Below, piece by piece: positions 11,468 through 23,738 of a DNA stretch of 64,000 bases. The notes under the pieces were generated by a model. That model saw nothing but the letters and a program-made list of their open reading frames with translations, made no database searches and was not told the DNA's origin. Every line of letters starts with the position of its first letter. The first letter of the stretch is position 1. The position numbers and the translations under genes are program-made. The DNA is from Candidatus Sericytochromatia bacterium (GTDB lineage Bacteria; Cyanobacteriota; Sericytochromatia; S15B-MN24; VGJW01): positions 14,453 to 78,452 of the forward strand of contig JAYKHS010000015.1 in assembly GCA_035285865.1 (NCBI GenBank), written 5' to 3'.

Positions 11468-12987
11468 GGGCTGATGCGTGGCACGCAGCTCGCATCACCC
11501 ACTTCGGCCAAGGACATGAGGGCGGCCCGGCGGACGGGTGGTTTGGCGTCATCGAGCAGTGCAAGCAGGCCGTCGCGGGCGCCCGTGACGCGCAGCACGC
11601 CGATGAGCTCGGCGGCGATGCGTCGCAGCAACCAGTCTTCGTCGCGCAGCAGGCCGAGGAGGGGCGGATGCAGTTCCGACCCCAGCTTGGTCAGAATCAC
11701 GCCTACGGCGTGCGTGGTGGCGCCTTTGCGGTCACGCAAGGCAAGGAACACGCGGCCAGGCAGGTCTTCGACCTCCGCGCCGGCACCCCAGGCCTTGAGT
11801 ACCTGGGGCCGTCGCGCCGGCTTCTCCCAGAAGGCCACCTCGAGGTCCAGCGCCTCCCGGTCCGATTCATCCAACGCCTCGACACGCTTGTCCGCACGTC
11901 TCGCGCCATCATCGACGCCAACCATGCCCAGCAGTCGGCCTGCGATGCCCACCTTGCCTTCAAGGGCATCGAGTGCCTTTGCCGCAGCGCCTCGGACCGC
12001 ATCGTGCTCTGACAGCAACCAAGGCCTGATCCACGGGATCGTGTCGGGGTTGCCCAGCGCCTGCCACGCCGCAAGGACCGCGGTCCGCATCGCCGGATCT
12101 CCTTCCCGCAGGAAGGGCAGCAGGGCCGGCGCAAGGGCCGCGCGCTCCTTGACGGCAATCGGAGCCAGACGCTCTGACGGAGGTGGAGCCGGCTTGCCTG
12201 CCTTGGGGCGGTCTCCGAGGTAGAGCTGCCGCAGGGCCGCCAGATCATCCTGAGCCCCGTTCTCGAGGCTGACGAGTGCTCGCAGTGCACCCACGCGGAC
12301 ACTGCGATACAGGCCATGGACCAGCAGATGTCTCAGGCGGGGAATGTGCCGCGCTGCCTCGTCCAGGGAGACTGTCGTGAGCAGGTCGAGACCGCGTTGG
12401 ATCTCCAGCGGATCGATGCTGGCCAGCAGAGGCGTCGGGTCCGTCGTGACGGGCCCTTCCTGATCGGCGGCGCGGTCCGAGACCAGACCCAGATCGCCTT
12501 CGATATGACCGCGCAGCTCTGCCTCCTCGAACGGTATGGCCAGCGCCTGCTGCAGGAATTTGCGGGCAGTGCCGAACTTCCCAGCTTGATAGGCGTTGCG
12601 TGCCTGCAGGTGCAGGGTCGTGGCCTGAAGGCCGCGCAGGAGGTCATTCTCGCCGAAGTCCTTCTCGAGGACCTTGAGATGGTCCCAGGCGGCCTTCATG
12701 CTGCCCTCCGCCAAGGCTGCAAGCACCTTGGGCAATAGGCCCAGCAGCGCCCGATCCCGTTCGTAGGCCAGTTCCTCGTCGTAGGCGACGCGCCGTTGGG
12801 CGTCCTTGAGGGTCTCGTAGGCCTCGTTGATGATCTTGAGCTTGGACGCCGCCACCTCGGGATCCAGCGTCGTGATGTCCGGATGGTAGTACCGGGCCTG
12901 CTCGCGGTAGGCAGCCCGGATCTGGTCGTCCGTGGCACCGACGGCGATCTGCAGGATGTCGTAGTAGGAATAGGGCAGTTGGCTCAT
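11395..12987 (-). CDS. J-domain (DnaJ) protein with TPR-like and HEAT repeats
   Basis: YYDILQI..IRAAYR..YHPD..INEAYETLKD..R.AYD; C-terminal repeats such as LLRDEDWLLRRIAAELIG, LLDDAKPPVRRAALMSL. Confidence 0.85.
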   Translation of the reverse strand: MSQLPYSYYDILQIAVGATDDQIRAAYREQARYYHPDITTLDPEVAASKLKIINEAYETLKDAQRRVAYDEELAYERDRALLGLLPKVLAALAEGSMKAAWDHLKVLEKDFGENDLLRGLQATTLHLQARNAYQAGKFGTARKFLQQALAIPFEEAELRGHIEGDLGLVSDRAADQEGPVTTDPTPLLASIDPLEIQRGLDLLTTVSLDEAARHIPRLRHLLVHGLYRSVRVGALRALVSLENGAQDDLAALRQLYLGDRPKAGKPAPPPSERLAPIAVKERAALAPALLPFLREGDPAMRTAVLAAWQALGNPDTIPWIRPWLLSEHDAVRGAAAKALDALEGKVGIAGRLLGMVGVDDGARRADKRVEALDESDREALDLEVAFWEKPARRPQVLKAWGAGAEVEDLPGRVFLALRDRKGATTHAVGVILTKLGSELHPPLLGLLRDEDWLLRRIAAELIGVLRVTGARDGLLALLDDAKPPVRRAALMSLAEVGDASCVPRISPYANDDDPGVAEAARAAVGKLRPR

Positions 12988-13787
12988 GCGTCGTCACCGA
13001 TCGGCGCACCTGCCGTCAACTGGGCGAAGAGAGACTGCTTGCCCTCGGTGAGCTGGGCAGCGGCCTCGAGCTCTTCCTGGAAGGCCCGCAGCAGGCCCTC
13101 CTCGACTTCGAGCATGCAGCAACCGATGAGCAGGTCCGTCAGATCCTCGGTCTGATCGAGGTAGAGGTGCTTGCCAAGCGTGGCTTTGGCCATCTTCCCG
13201 AAGGCCTTTCGCGTGTCCTTCTTGCGGCCGCACTGGACGGCGTAGATCCGGATGGACTTGTTGGCGAGGGCCTTGGTCTCCACTTCCCAATCTCGGCGCA
13301 TGGTGCAGGCGCTCTTCGGATCGCTGACGCCATGCGGCGGGGCGTCGCCGATCAGCACGACGGCGCGCGCCGCATTGAAGCGCCAATCGAGCCTGTTGGC
13401 TTCCCAGAGCGCATCCTCGACGGCTTCGGGTTCGTCGCCGCCGTGGGTGCCTTCCACGGTCTGGACCCACTGGGCGATGCGATCCCACTGGTCGGTAAGG
13501 GGATGAACCTTGGTCAGGTAGGTCCGGCCTGCGTCGTGGTGGTCCCCGAAAGCGATGACGCCCAGCCGCACGCCCTCGAGGCGGTCGGCCAGCAACTCGG
13601 TGAGCCGGCTCAACTCGGCCCGGACACGTTCCAGGTTCCGATACATCGAGTCCGTCGTGTCGAAGATGAACACGACGTCAAGTGGTTTGACGTCCATCGG
13701 AATCTCGAGGCCCGCGCCAGCGCAGGCACGGACGAGATAGCGGTTCATGTAGCCGCCGGGCAGCGAGAAAGCGTCGAGAAAGGTCAT
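12984..13787 (-). CDS. von Willebrand factor A domain protein (start uncertain)
   Basis: LDVVFIFDTTDSM (MIDAS-like), GGDEPEAV, LIGDAPPH; ATGA overlap with the J-domain gene. Confidence 0.8.
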   Translation of the reverse strand: MTFLDAFSLPGGYMNRYLVRACAGAGLEIPMDVKPLDVVFIFDTTDSMYRNLERVRAELSRLTELLADRLEGVRLGVIAFGDHHDAGRTYLTKVHPLTDQWDRIAQWVQTVEGTHGGDEPEAVEDALWEANRLDWRFNAARAVVLIGDAPPHGVSDPKSACTMRRDWEVETKALANKSIRIYAVQCGRKKDTRKAFGKMAKATLGKHLYLDQTEDLTDLLIGCCMLEVEEGLLRAFQEELEAAAQLTEGKQSLFAQLTAGAPIGDDA

Positions 13788-13916
13788 CCCCGTATCCTGT
13801 ACCACGCTGTCCGGTTGTTCTAAGGAGGCCATGTCCTGGGGTCCGGAAACGGGCGAAATCCCCCGGAACGGGCTAGAATGGGCCCACGAAGCACACGAAG
13901 GAGTGGATGCTGCACC

Positions 13917-16919
<3,003 letters not shown>

Positions 16920-16930
16920 AGCAGCATCAG

Positions 16931-16978
16931 GGCCCCGTGCCTTTCGGACTCCCTTCCCGGGGACGATGGCACGGGGCC
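16931..16978 (+). terminator. inverted repeat after gdh (putative terminator/stabiliser)
   Basis: GGCCCCGTGCC(16931-41) / GGCACGGGGCC(16968-78), followed by TCTGCTTT. Confidence 0.45.
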
Positions 16979-17032
16979 TCTGCTTTGGGCCTGACCACCG
17001 ACACGCCCCAGACGTTGGCCTGTACTGGGCCG

Positions 17033-17071
17033 AAAAACCGGAAGTCCCGGGCCAGCTTCCTGACCCGGGAC
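17033..17071 (-). terminator. putative intrinsic terminator for the minus-strand gene
   Basis: GTCCCGGG...CCCGGGAC stem with AAAAA at 17033-37 (U-tract on minus strand). Confidence 0.55.
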
Positions 17072-17088
17072 CCCCGGAAACGCGCGGT

Positions 17089-18624
17089 CTACTTCGCGGC
17101 GTAGGCCGTGATGGCCTTGCCCGAGACCAATTCGGCTTGCCAGTCGTAGCTGAGCTTGCCCTTCTCGGTGGTGACCGTGGTGGTGCCGAAGAGCCGCTTG
17201 CCATCAAGCGCCGAGCGCACTTCGGTCGTCACCTTGGTCCCATCCGGGGAAGGTGCCGTCCAGCTCATCCTGTCGCCCTTGCGGTCGCCCGCCACAGGCA
17301 CGACGTTCATCAGGCCGGGAGCGGCCTTGGCCACGCCAATCGTCGGAATGGTCGCCCCTTGCACCTTGCCGCCGTTCGCGCGGAGCTTCAGGAAGCCACC
17401 GACCGGCTTGGGTGCGCTGGGCTCGGACATCCAGACATAGGTGGCGTCCTCGGGAGCGGGGGCGCCGAGGGCCCACCAGTCCCAGGTGCTGACCTTGGCC
17501 TGCTTGCCGTCTGCGCCCTTGCGGATCGCACCGCCCGGCACGCTGTAGTTGCCGGTCCCGTCCTTCACGGCGCGCACGTCAAGTCGCTCGAAGCCGGCGT
17601 CAGCCAGCTTCTGGACCTCGCCGGGCTCCGAGATGCCGTTGCTGTTGGCATCGACCCAGACTCCCAGCTTGGAGAACTCGTCCGGAGTCAGCGCGCCATC
17701 CTTGTTCTTGTCGAGGGTGGCCAAGGGCTGGTAGCCATGCTTCCACGTCTTGCCCCAGGTCACGTTCCCGAAGAGCTGGCGACCCGACGTGATGCGGCCC
17801 TTGCCGGTCTCATCCCAGACCAGCAGGCCCGACTTCGGCCCGACCCATTCCCACTCGTGCGTGCCCTTGCCGTCGATGTCGAAGGGACGGACAGCCGCCG
17901 ACGCCAGCTTGCGGCCGGCGACCTTGCCCCAGTGGCCACCCGCCAGCAGGTCAGGCTTCCCGGTGCCGGACAGGTCCAGGATGATGGGGCTGGACCAGAC
18001 GGATGAACCGGCGAACTGGACGTTCAGGGCCTTGGAACCGCCGCCGGCGTAGTTGACGGTCGTGGCAATCGGCCGGCTCGCAGCACCGCTGTCGACCATG
18101 CCCTCCATGACGGCACGGGCATCATAGCTGCTGCCAACGGCGTAATGGCCGACCAGACGACCGGTGTCGGCATCGATCAGCGCGATGGCGCTGGATTGAC
18201 CGGCGTTGTAGACAACGCCGCTCAGGTAGTTGTAGAGCGACCGGATATCGGTTCCGGCCACGACATTGCGAACTCTGTCCTGATTGAAGTTGGCCCGGGT
18301 GGCGACGTTGTCCTCGCGATCCCGCAGGTTTTCCTCACCGGCTCCCCAGTTGAGGCCGGATCCGCCCTGAAGCTCCTGATTCAGCCAAGGCCCCTGATAG
18401 GCGCGGTAGTAGGCCACCACGTTCAGGAACTGGATCTTGTTGTACAGGTAGCGGTCGTACGAGACATTGAAGCCTTCGACGCCGTTGACCGTCGCCGCGG
18501 AGCCCGAGACTCCTCCGACTTCCACCCGGTCCGCCGCGAGGACGGGGGTGGCGACCGTTGCGAGACCGATTGTGAAGCTGCCAGCCAGTGAGAGCGCGCG
18601 ACCCCTGGACCATGAATGCATGGT
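17089..18624 (-). CDS. secreted protein with FrpC-like Ca2+-dependent self-processing-module/EF-hand region
   Basis: Sec-type signal (..ATPVLA|AD); SPIILDL, GLLVWD.TGKGRITSGRQLFG, KHGYQPLATLDKNKDG, VWVDANSNGISEPGEV; GGAGG upstream. Confidence 0.7.
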   Translation of the reverse strand, partial: TMHSWSRGRALSLAGSFTIGLATVATPVLAADRVEVGGVSGSAATVNGVEGFNVSYDRYLYNKIQFLNVVAYYRAYQGPWLNQELQGGSGLNWGAGEENLRDREDNVATRANFNQDRVRNVVAGTDIRSLYNYLSGVVYNAGQSSAIALIDADTGRLVGHYAVGSSYDARAVMEGMVDSGAASRPIATTVNYAGGGSKALNVQFAGSSVWSSPIILDLSGTGKPDLLAGGHWGKVAGRKLASAAVRPFDIDGKGTHEWEWVGPKSGLLVWDETGKGRITSGRQLFGNVTWGKTWKHGYQPLATLDKNKDGALTPDEFSKLGVWVDANSNGISEPGEVQKLADAGFERLDVRAVKDGTGNYSVPGGAIRKGADGKQAKVSTWDWWALGAPAPEDATYVWMSEPSAPKPVGGFLKLRANGGKVQGATIPTIGVAKAAPGLMNVVPVAGDRKGDRMSWTAPSPDGTKVTTEVRSALDGKRLFGTTTVTTEKGKLSYDWQAELVSGKAITAYAAK

Positions 18625-18765
18625 CATACCTCCTGTCGATGGGAACCCTGACGAGTCGTGTAGCGGGAACATGATGGGCGTACCCACGGGTGGCGTCGGA
18701 TTAAACCAGAGTCTTCCGGCGGCGGTATTCCTGCCGTGCTACGATCTGCGCTTGGAGGACGAATC

Positions 18766-19329
18766 GTGCCCGACATTCTGGCTTGGCCCCTGCTGGCCGC
18801 CGCTGCTGCGGCGACCCCATCCGTCGCGCCCCTGCCTGCGCCGTCCGAGTGGGCCGGAGCGGAGCCGTGGGAGGCGGACATCCCTGAAGAGGATGCCCCG
18901 CACATCAAGCCCGTGACGGGTGCGCGCGTGTTCGCGGGCCTGGCCAATCCGGAGTTTGCCCACCTTGGCCTGGCGTGGCGGTCGGGCAATGTGGAGGGTG
19001 CCGTCTCGCTCGGCAGCATCGGCACGGCGAACCGGGTCGATCTTCGGGCTCGAGGCTATCTCCTGCCGCATGTGGGGGCACTCTTCGCCGAGGCCGGATA
19101 CGGGTTCCTCCAGTTGGCCCGTCTTTCGGACCAGACTCCGACCGAGACCTTCCAGCAGCCTTTCTTCGGAGTGGGCTGGCAGTTCTTCGAGCGCCCGAGC
19201 CCCTGGGTCTTCGATCTGAGCATCGGGCTGGCGCCCGGCGGACCGGACACGCTCGCCGCTGCACCCGGCATCATCAACGGCAGCCGCATGCTGCCGCGCT
19301 TCGCTCTGGAGGTGGGCCATGCGTTCTAG
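18766..19329 (+). CDS. hypothetical secreted protein, possible small outer-membrane beta-barrel
   Basis: GGAGG + GTG start; signal-like N-terminus; alternating beta pattern; terminal ..LEVGHAF. Confidence 0.5.
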   Translation: MPDILAWPLLAAAAAATPSVAPLPAPSEWAGAEPWEADIPEEDAPHIKPVTGARVFAGLANPEFAHLGLAWRSGNVEGAVSLGSIGTANRVDLRARGYLLPHVGALFAEAGYGFLQLARLSDQTPTETFQQPFFGVGWQFFERPSPWVFDLSIGLAPGGPDTLAAAPGIINGSRMLPRFALEVGHAF

Positions 19330-20407
19330 CCATCGTTGGCGGGCTTCCCTGCTGGTGGGTGCCTTGGCCCTGTCGGGTTGCGGCTTCTACTCCGTGGCGT
19401 CGGTCAGCGGCCAGGATCTGGGCGCGGGGCTCGCGACGCCTGCCGAGAACGGGGCGAAGCTGGTCTCGACCGCCTTCGCCAATCGCGTGCCGACCGAGCA
19501 GGAGATAGACACGCCGGTGCTGGTCGCCGTCCACGGCTTCTCCGCCACGACCTTCGAGACCATGTATGGCACGGGCACGGCCCCGCAGGAGGCCAATGCT
19601 CCTTACAACCTCGAACGCCGGGGCCTCCTCGTGTCGCGCGTCCTGATGGGCGGGCACAACGAGACGCCGGCCGCCTTCGGTGCGAGCCGCTGGAGCGACT
19701 GGCAGAAGCCCGTTCTGGATGAGGTCCAGGCCTTGCAGAAGCTGGGCTTCCGCAAGATTGACATCCTGACGGTCTCGACGGGCGGCCCCATCGTCATGCA
19801 GGCCCTGCTCTCGGGCAAGTTCAAGGCCTTGGGTGTCACGCCCCGTCGCGTCACGCTGGTGGCGCCCATCCTCGAGTTCAAGGACAAGGCCATCAACCTG
19901 CTGGGTGTCCTCGAGACGCTCGGCGCCTCGAACAGCCCGTCGCCGACGAGCGGCGTCTCGCGCGGCCACTGGTACGCCGATCGCCCCATCGGCGCCGTGA
20001 AGCAGTTGCTGGATCTGACGGAGGTGGTCAAAGGCCAGCTTCGCCAGGTCTCTGCCGGCACCCTCGATGGCGTGCCCGCCGAGACCCGCGTGCTGATCGT
20101 CCAGTCCGATGGTGACGGGACCGTGGATGCCGTCAGTGCCGATATCTGGGTCCGGGGCCTTCGCGGCAAGATTGCCGACACGACGCAGGCTGCCGGTCTC
20201 GTCAGCGTCCTGAAGGTCGTTTCGTCGCGCCATGTGCCCATCGGTCCGCCGAATCTCGAGGGCAGCAAGGATGGAACCCGCAGCATCGATGGCATCGTCC
20301 ATCCGACGTTTGCCGACGCCAAGGGTGCCGATGCTTGGTCGGATGCCGAGGTGCGCCTGAGGGTCCGCCTGCTCGAGCAGATCGGCGACTTCCATACGGC
20401 CAAGTGA
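19319..20407 (+). CDS. lipoprotein alpha/beta hydrolase (esterase-like)
   Basis: lipobox LSGC; VHGFSAT oxyanion motif; TVSTGG nucleophile elbow; DGTVD; late His. Confidence 0.75.
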   Translation: MRSSHRWRASLLVGALALSGCGFYSVASVSGQDLGAGLATPAENGAKLVSTAFANRVPTEQEIDTPVLVAVHGFSATTFETMYGTGTAPQEANAPYNLERRGLLVSRVLMGGHNETPAAFGASRWSDWQKPVLDEVQALQKLGFRKIDILTVSTGGPIVMQALLSGKFKALGVTPRRVTLVAPILEFKDKAINLLGVLETLGASNSPSPTSGVSRGHWYADRPIGAVKQLLDLTEVVKGQLRQVSAGTLDGVPAETRVLIVQSDGDGTVDAVSADIWVRGLRGKIADTTQAAGLVSVLKVVSSRHVPIGPPNLEGSKDGTRSIDGIVHPTFADAKGADAWSDAEVRLRVRLLEQIGDFHTAK

Positions 20408-21015
20408 TCGCGGACGTCGATGCACCCCACGTCGCGCTGGGTCTGTCCGGACCCACGCGGCCCGGTTGGCTCGGACGTGCGGCGGCTGATCTTCCGGCCT
20501 TGCTGGCGGACCATGCCTCTTGCGAGCGGAAAGCTGCTGCCACCGCGATGGCCTTCGTGGCGCGCCACCCCGAGGATGTCCGGCTCGTCGAGAGCATGGT
20601 CCAGCTTGCGCAGGAAGAGTTGGCGCACTTCGAGCGGATATTTCACCTGATGCGGCGTCGGAACTGGCCGCTCACGCGGGATCGGGCAGACGACTACGTC
20701 CGCGCCCTGCTGGGGCAGGTCCGCCATGCGCCGCAGCACCAGACGGTGGACCGCTTGCTGGTCCTGGGGCTCGTCGAGGCGCGCTCCTGCGAGCGCTTCC
20801 GTCTGCTCGGGCAGGCCCTCGAGGCGGTGGACTCGGAACTTGCCGGCATGTACCGCGACCTGTCCCTGTCGGAGGAGGGCCACGCCCGCTTGTTCCCGGC
20901 CCTGGCCGCACGCTATGCGCCAGAGGCCGAGGTCATGGACCGCCTCGCGGCCTTGCGAGACTTCGAGTGGTCCGTGGTGGTCGGCCTGCCGGACGATCCG
21001 GCCATGCACGGTTAG
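20404..21015 (+). CDS. miaE: tRNA ms2i6A37 hydroxylase (di-iron)
   Basis: DHASCERKAA, EELAHF, DRLLV.GLVEARSCERF, SEEGH. Confidence 0.9.
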   Translation: MIADVDAPHVALGLSGPTRPGWLGRAAADLPALLADHASCERKAAATAMAFVARHPEDVRLVESMVQLAQEELAHFERIFHLMRRRNWPLTRDRADDYVRALLGQVRHAPQHQTVDRLLVLGLVEARSCERFRLLGQALEAVDSELAGMYRDLSLSEEGHARLFPALAARYAPEAEVMDRLAALRDFEWSVVVGLPDDPAMHG

Positions 21016-21027
21016 GAAGAGGTAGCG

Positions 21028-22056
21028 ATGGGACTCGGCTTGCTGGCGGGTTGGGTCCTCGTTTCCTACCACAACCACAGTTTCCACAGCCCGGATTCCC
21101 GGCTCACGGCTGGCGACTTCATGCGCTTTGCACGTGGCAGCGGGCTCGACGCCGTCATCGTCACCGACCATGACAACGTTCGGGCCGCGCGGGATCCGTC
21201 TTTCCTGGCTGTCGCTCGCCCCAGTGGCGGTGCCTTTGCCCCGGTGGCCCGACGTCCGGAGGCGCCCTTCCTCATGTTCGGGGAGGAGTGGGGGACCTTT
21301 CGCGCCGGCCGAGTCCGCTGGGGGCACGTGGGGCTGATCGGCCTCGAGGACGGTGTCTCTCCCTTGCCGGATGCCTCGTTGTCGGAGCTGCTTGCCGGTG
21401 CGGGCAGGCGCGGGGTACTGGCCATCATCAACCATCCGTTCAACTGGGCCTTGTCCTGGCGCGGGACCGAACCGCCGGCCGGTGCCCACGGCATCGAGGT
21501 ATGGAATCAGTCCTGGACGATGCCGGTGATGGAGAATGCCCGGGCCCTCGCCTGGTGGGATGCCGCACTGCGCAAGGGGCGCCGTCTGCTGGCGCTGGGA
21601 GGGGCGGACACCCACGGGCTGGAAGGCAGCAGCTACTTCTACAACGAGACCCGGGTCGACCGACCCGTGAACCTCGTCTGGGCCGAGCGCCCGGATGCCG
21701 CGTCGGTTCTGGCGGCACTTCGTGCCGGGAGGGTCATGGTGGCGCGGGATGCTTCCGCACCCGGCATGGTCCTCGATGTCGATGGACTGGGTCCCGGCGA
21801 AGTCCTTGCGGCCGGTACCCCCGGCCGTGTCCGTGTCCGCCTGGTTCGCGCCCGGGGCTGCGTGCTGCAACTGCATACCGCGCAGGGCCTGATGCACTTG
21901 GTCCCTGTCACGGAGGATCGGGCGGAGATCCGTTGTCGCCTGCCGCTCCTGGCATCGGGGGATTTCGTCCGCGCCGAGCTGCGTCGGCCCGCGTGGGGCG
22001 GTGACGAGATGGAGGTGCTCTCCAATCCGGTCTACGTTTCGCCGGGCCCCCTTTAG
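21028..22056 (+). CDS. PHP-family (CehA/McbA-like) metallohydrolase
   Basis: HNHSFHSPD, TDHDN, GEEW..GH, INHP, IEVWN, GGADTH, VRAE..SNPVY. Confidence 0.85.
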   Translation: MGLGLLAGWVLVSYHNHSFHSPDSRLTAGDFMRFARGSGLDAVIVTDHDNVRAARDPSFLAVARPSGGAFAPVARRPEAPFLMFGEEWGTFRAGRVRWGHVGLIGLEDGVSPLPDASLSELLAGAGRRGVLAIINHPFNWALSWRGTEPPAGAHGIEVWNQSWTMPVMENARALAWWDAALRKGRRLLALGGADTHGLEGSSYFYNETRVDRPVNLVWAERPDAASVLAALRAGRVMVARDASAPGMVLDVDGLGPGEVLAAGTPGRVRVRLVRARGCVLQLHTAQGLMHLVPVTEDRAEIRCRLPLLASGDFVRAELRRPAWGGDEMEVLSNPVYVSPGPL

Positions 22057-22106
22057 GCCCGTGGCCGGCGTCTGCTATCCTTGAGGCTTTCCAGACGAGG
22101 ACGCCG

Positions 22107-23450
22107 ATGTTCCGCAAGGTCCTGATCGCCAACCGTGGCGAAATTGCCGTCCGCATCATGCGGGCTTGCAGCGTGCTGGGCATCCAGCCCGTGACGATTC
22201 ATTCCGAGGCCGACGCGGCGGCGCCCCACGCGACCGGTGCGGAGTCCTATCTGGTGGGGCCTGCCCCTGTCGCTCAGAGCTACCTGAACGTGGACGCCAT
22301 CCTCGAAGCTGCGCGGACCAGCGGGGCAGAGGCCGTCCATCCCGGCTACGGCCTGCTTTCGGAGAATGCGGAATTCGCGCGCCGGGTCATCGAGGCCGGA
22401 CTTGTCTGGATCGGTCCTTCGCCCGAAGCGATTGCCCGAATGGGGGACAAGGTCGAGGCGCGGGCTTTCGCAGAGGCGGCCGGTGTTCCGGTGGTGCCCG
22501 GGACCGGTTCACCCGTGCCCGATGTCGCGGCGGCGCTTGCTGCGGCCGAGACCATCGGTTACCCCGTCATGCTCAAGGCAGCCAAGGGTGGTGGGGGCAT
22601 CGGCATGCAATTGGTCCACGACGCTGCCGAGCTGGAGAAGGCGCACAAGCTCTGCACCGCCCGTGCCAAGGCCTACTTCGGAGATGCGTCGGTCTACGTG
22701 GAGAAGGCCCTCGATCGTCCGCGCCACATCGAGATCCAGGTGCTGGCCGACAGCCATGGGCGTGCCGTCCATCTGGGCGAGCGCGAGTGTTCCGTGCAGC
22801 GTCGGCACCAGAAGGTCGTCGAGGAGGCCGGCTCTCCCGCCGTCGATGATGCGTTGCGGGCCCGCATGGGTGAGGTGTCCCTCCAACTGGTGCGTGCGCT
22901 TGGCTACGTCAATGCCGGCACGCTCGAGTTCCTGCTGGACGCCTCGGGTTCGTTCCATTTCCTCGAGATGAACACGCGTCTTCAGGTCGAGCATCCCGTG
23001 ACCGAAGCCGTGACCGGCGTGGATCTTGCGGTCTGGCAGATTCGCATCGCGGCGGGCGAGCACCTCGAGGCGTCGATCGGGGCTTCGACTTTCCGGGGAC
23101 ATGCCATCGAGTGCCGCCTCTACGCCGAGGACCCGGTCACGGGCTTTCCTTCCCCGGGGACGCTGGACACCGTCGTGTGGCCCGAGGATGTCCGCGTCGA
23201 CACGTTCGTCAGTGCCGGTACGGTCGTCAGTCCCCACTACGATCCGATGCTGGCCAAGATCGTGGTCCACGGCGAGGACCGTGCGCGCGCCATCGCCCGC
23301 ATGGAAGAAGTCCTCGAGAGGACGGTCGTGACGGGCGTGAAGACGAACCTGCCGGTGCTGAAGCAGGTGATGGGTCATCCCGACTTCCGTTCGGGTGCCT
23401 TCGATACCGGCCTGCTGGGCCGGATGGCGGCCGTGGCCGCGACGGTGTAG
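22107..23450 (+). CDS. biotin carboxylase subunit of acyl-CoA carboxylase
   Basis: KVLIANRGEIAVR, HPGYGLLSEN, GGGGIGM, ERECSVQRRHQK, EMNTRLQVEHPVTE. Confidence 0.95.
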   Translation: MFRKVLIANRGEIAVRIMRACSVLGIQPVTIHSEADAAAPHATGAESYLVGPAPVAQSYLNVDAILEAARTSGAEAVHPGYGLLSENAEFARRVIEAGLVWIGPSPEAIARMGDKVEARAFAEAAGVPVVPGTGSPVPDVAAALAAAETIGYPVMLKAAKGGGGIGMQLVHDAAELEKAHKLCTARAKAYFGDASVYVEKALDRPRHIEIQVLADSHGRAVHLGERECSVQRRHQKVVEEAGSPAVDDALRARMGEVSLQLVRALGYVNAGTLEFLLDASGSFHFLEMNTRLQVEHPVTEAVTGVDLAVWQIRIAAGEHLEASIGASTFRGHAIECRLYAEDPVTGFPSPGTLDTVVWPEDVRVDTFVSAGTVVSPHYDPMLAKIVVHGEDRARAIARMEEVLERTVVTGVKTNLPVLKQVMGHPDFRSGAFDTGLLGRMAAVAATV

Positions 23451-23515
23451 TCGGGGCGGGACCGAGGTTCCGCAAGCAGGCCCCCGGGCGGGCCCAGTAT
23501 GGAAAGGTGGGCGAC

Positions 23516-23728
23516 GTGGCAGATGTGAAGGCGCAGATGGCCGGGACCGTGCTCGAAGTGCTCGTGACGGACGGTCAGGCAGTCGAGGAGGGTCAGGACC
23601 TGGTCTGCCTCGAGTCGATGAAGATGCAGATGTTCCTCCAGGCCGAGCAGGCCGGGACCGTTTCGGCAATCAAGGTCGAGGCCGGTGACTTCGTCAACGA
23701 AGGCGACACCCTGATCGTCTTGGCCTGA
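23516..23728 (+). CDS. biotin carboxyl carrier protein
   Basis: 70 aa; AQMAGTV..LESMKM biotinylation motif. Confidence 0.9.
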   Translation: MADVKAQMAGTVLEVLVTDGQAVEEGQDLVCLESMKMQMFLQAEQAGTVSAIKVEAGDFVNEGDTLIVLA

Positions 23729-23738
23729 GCGGGTAGCG

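Noticed and set aside
16920..17088. Structured ncRNA or tRNA in the intergenic gap
   Set aside because: Two hairpins are adequately explained as terminators of convergent genes; no cloverleaf.
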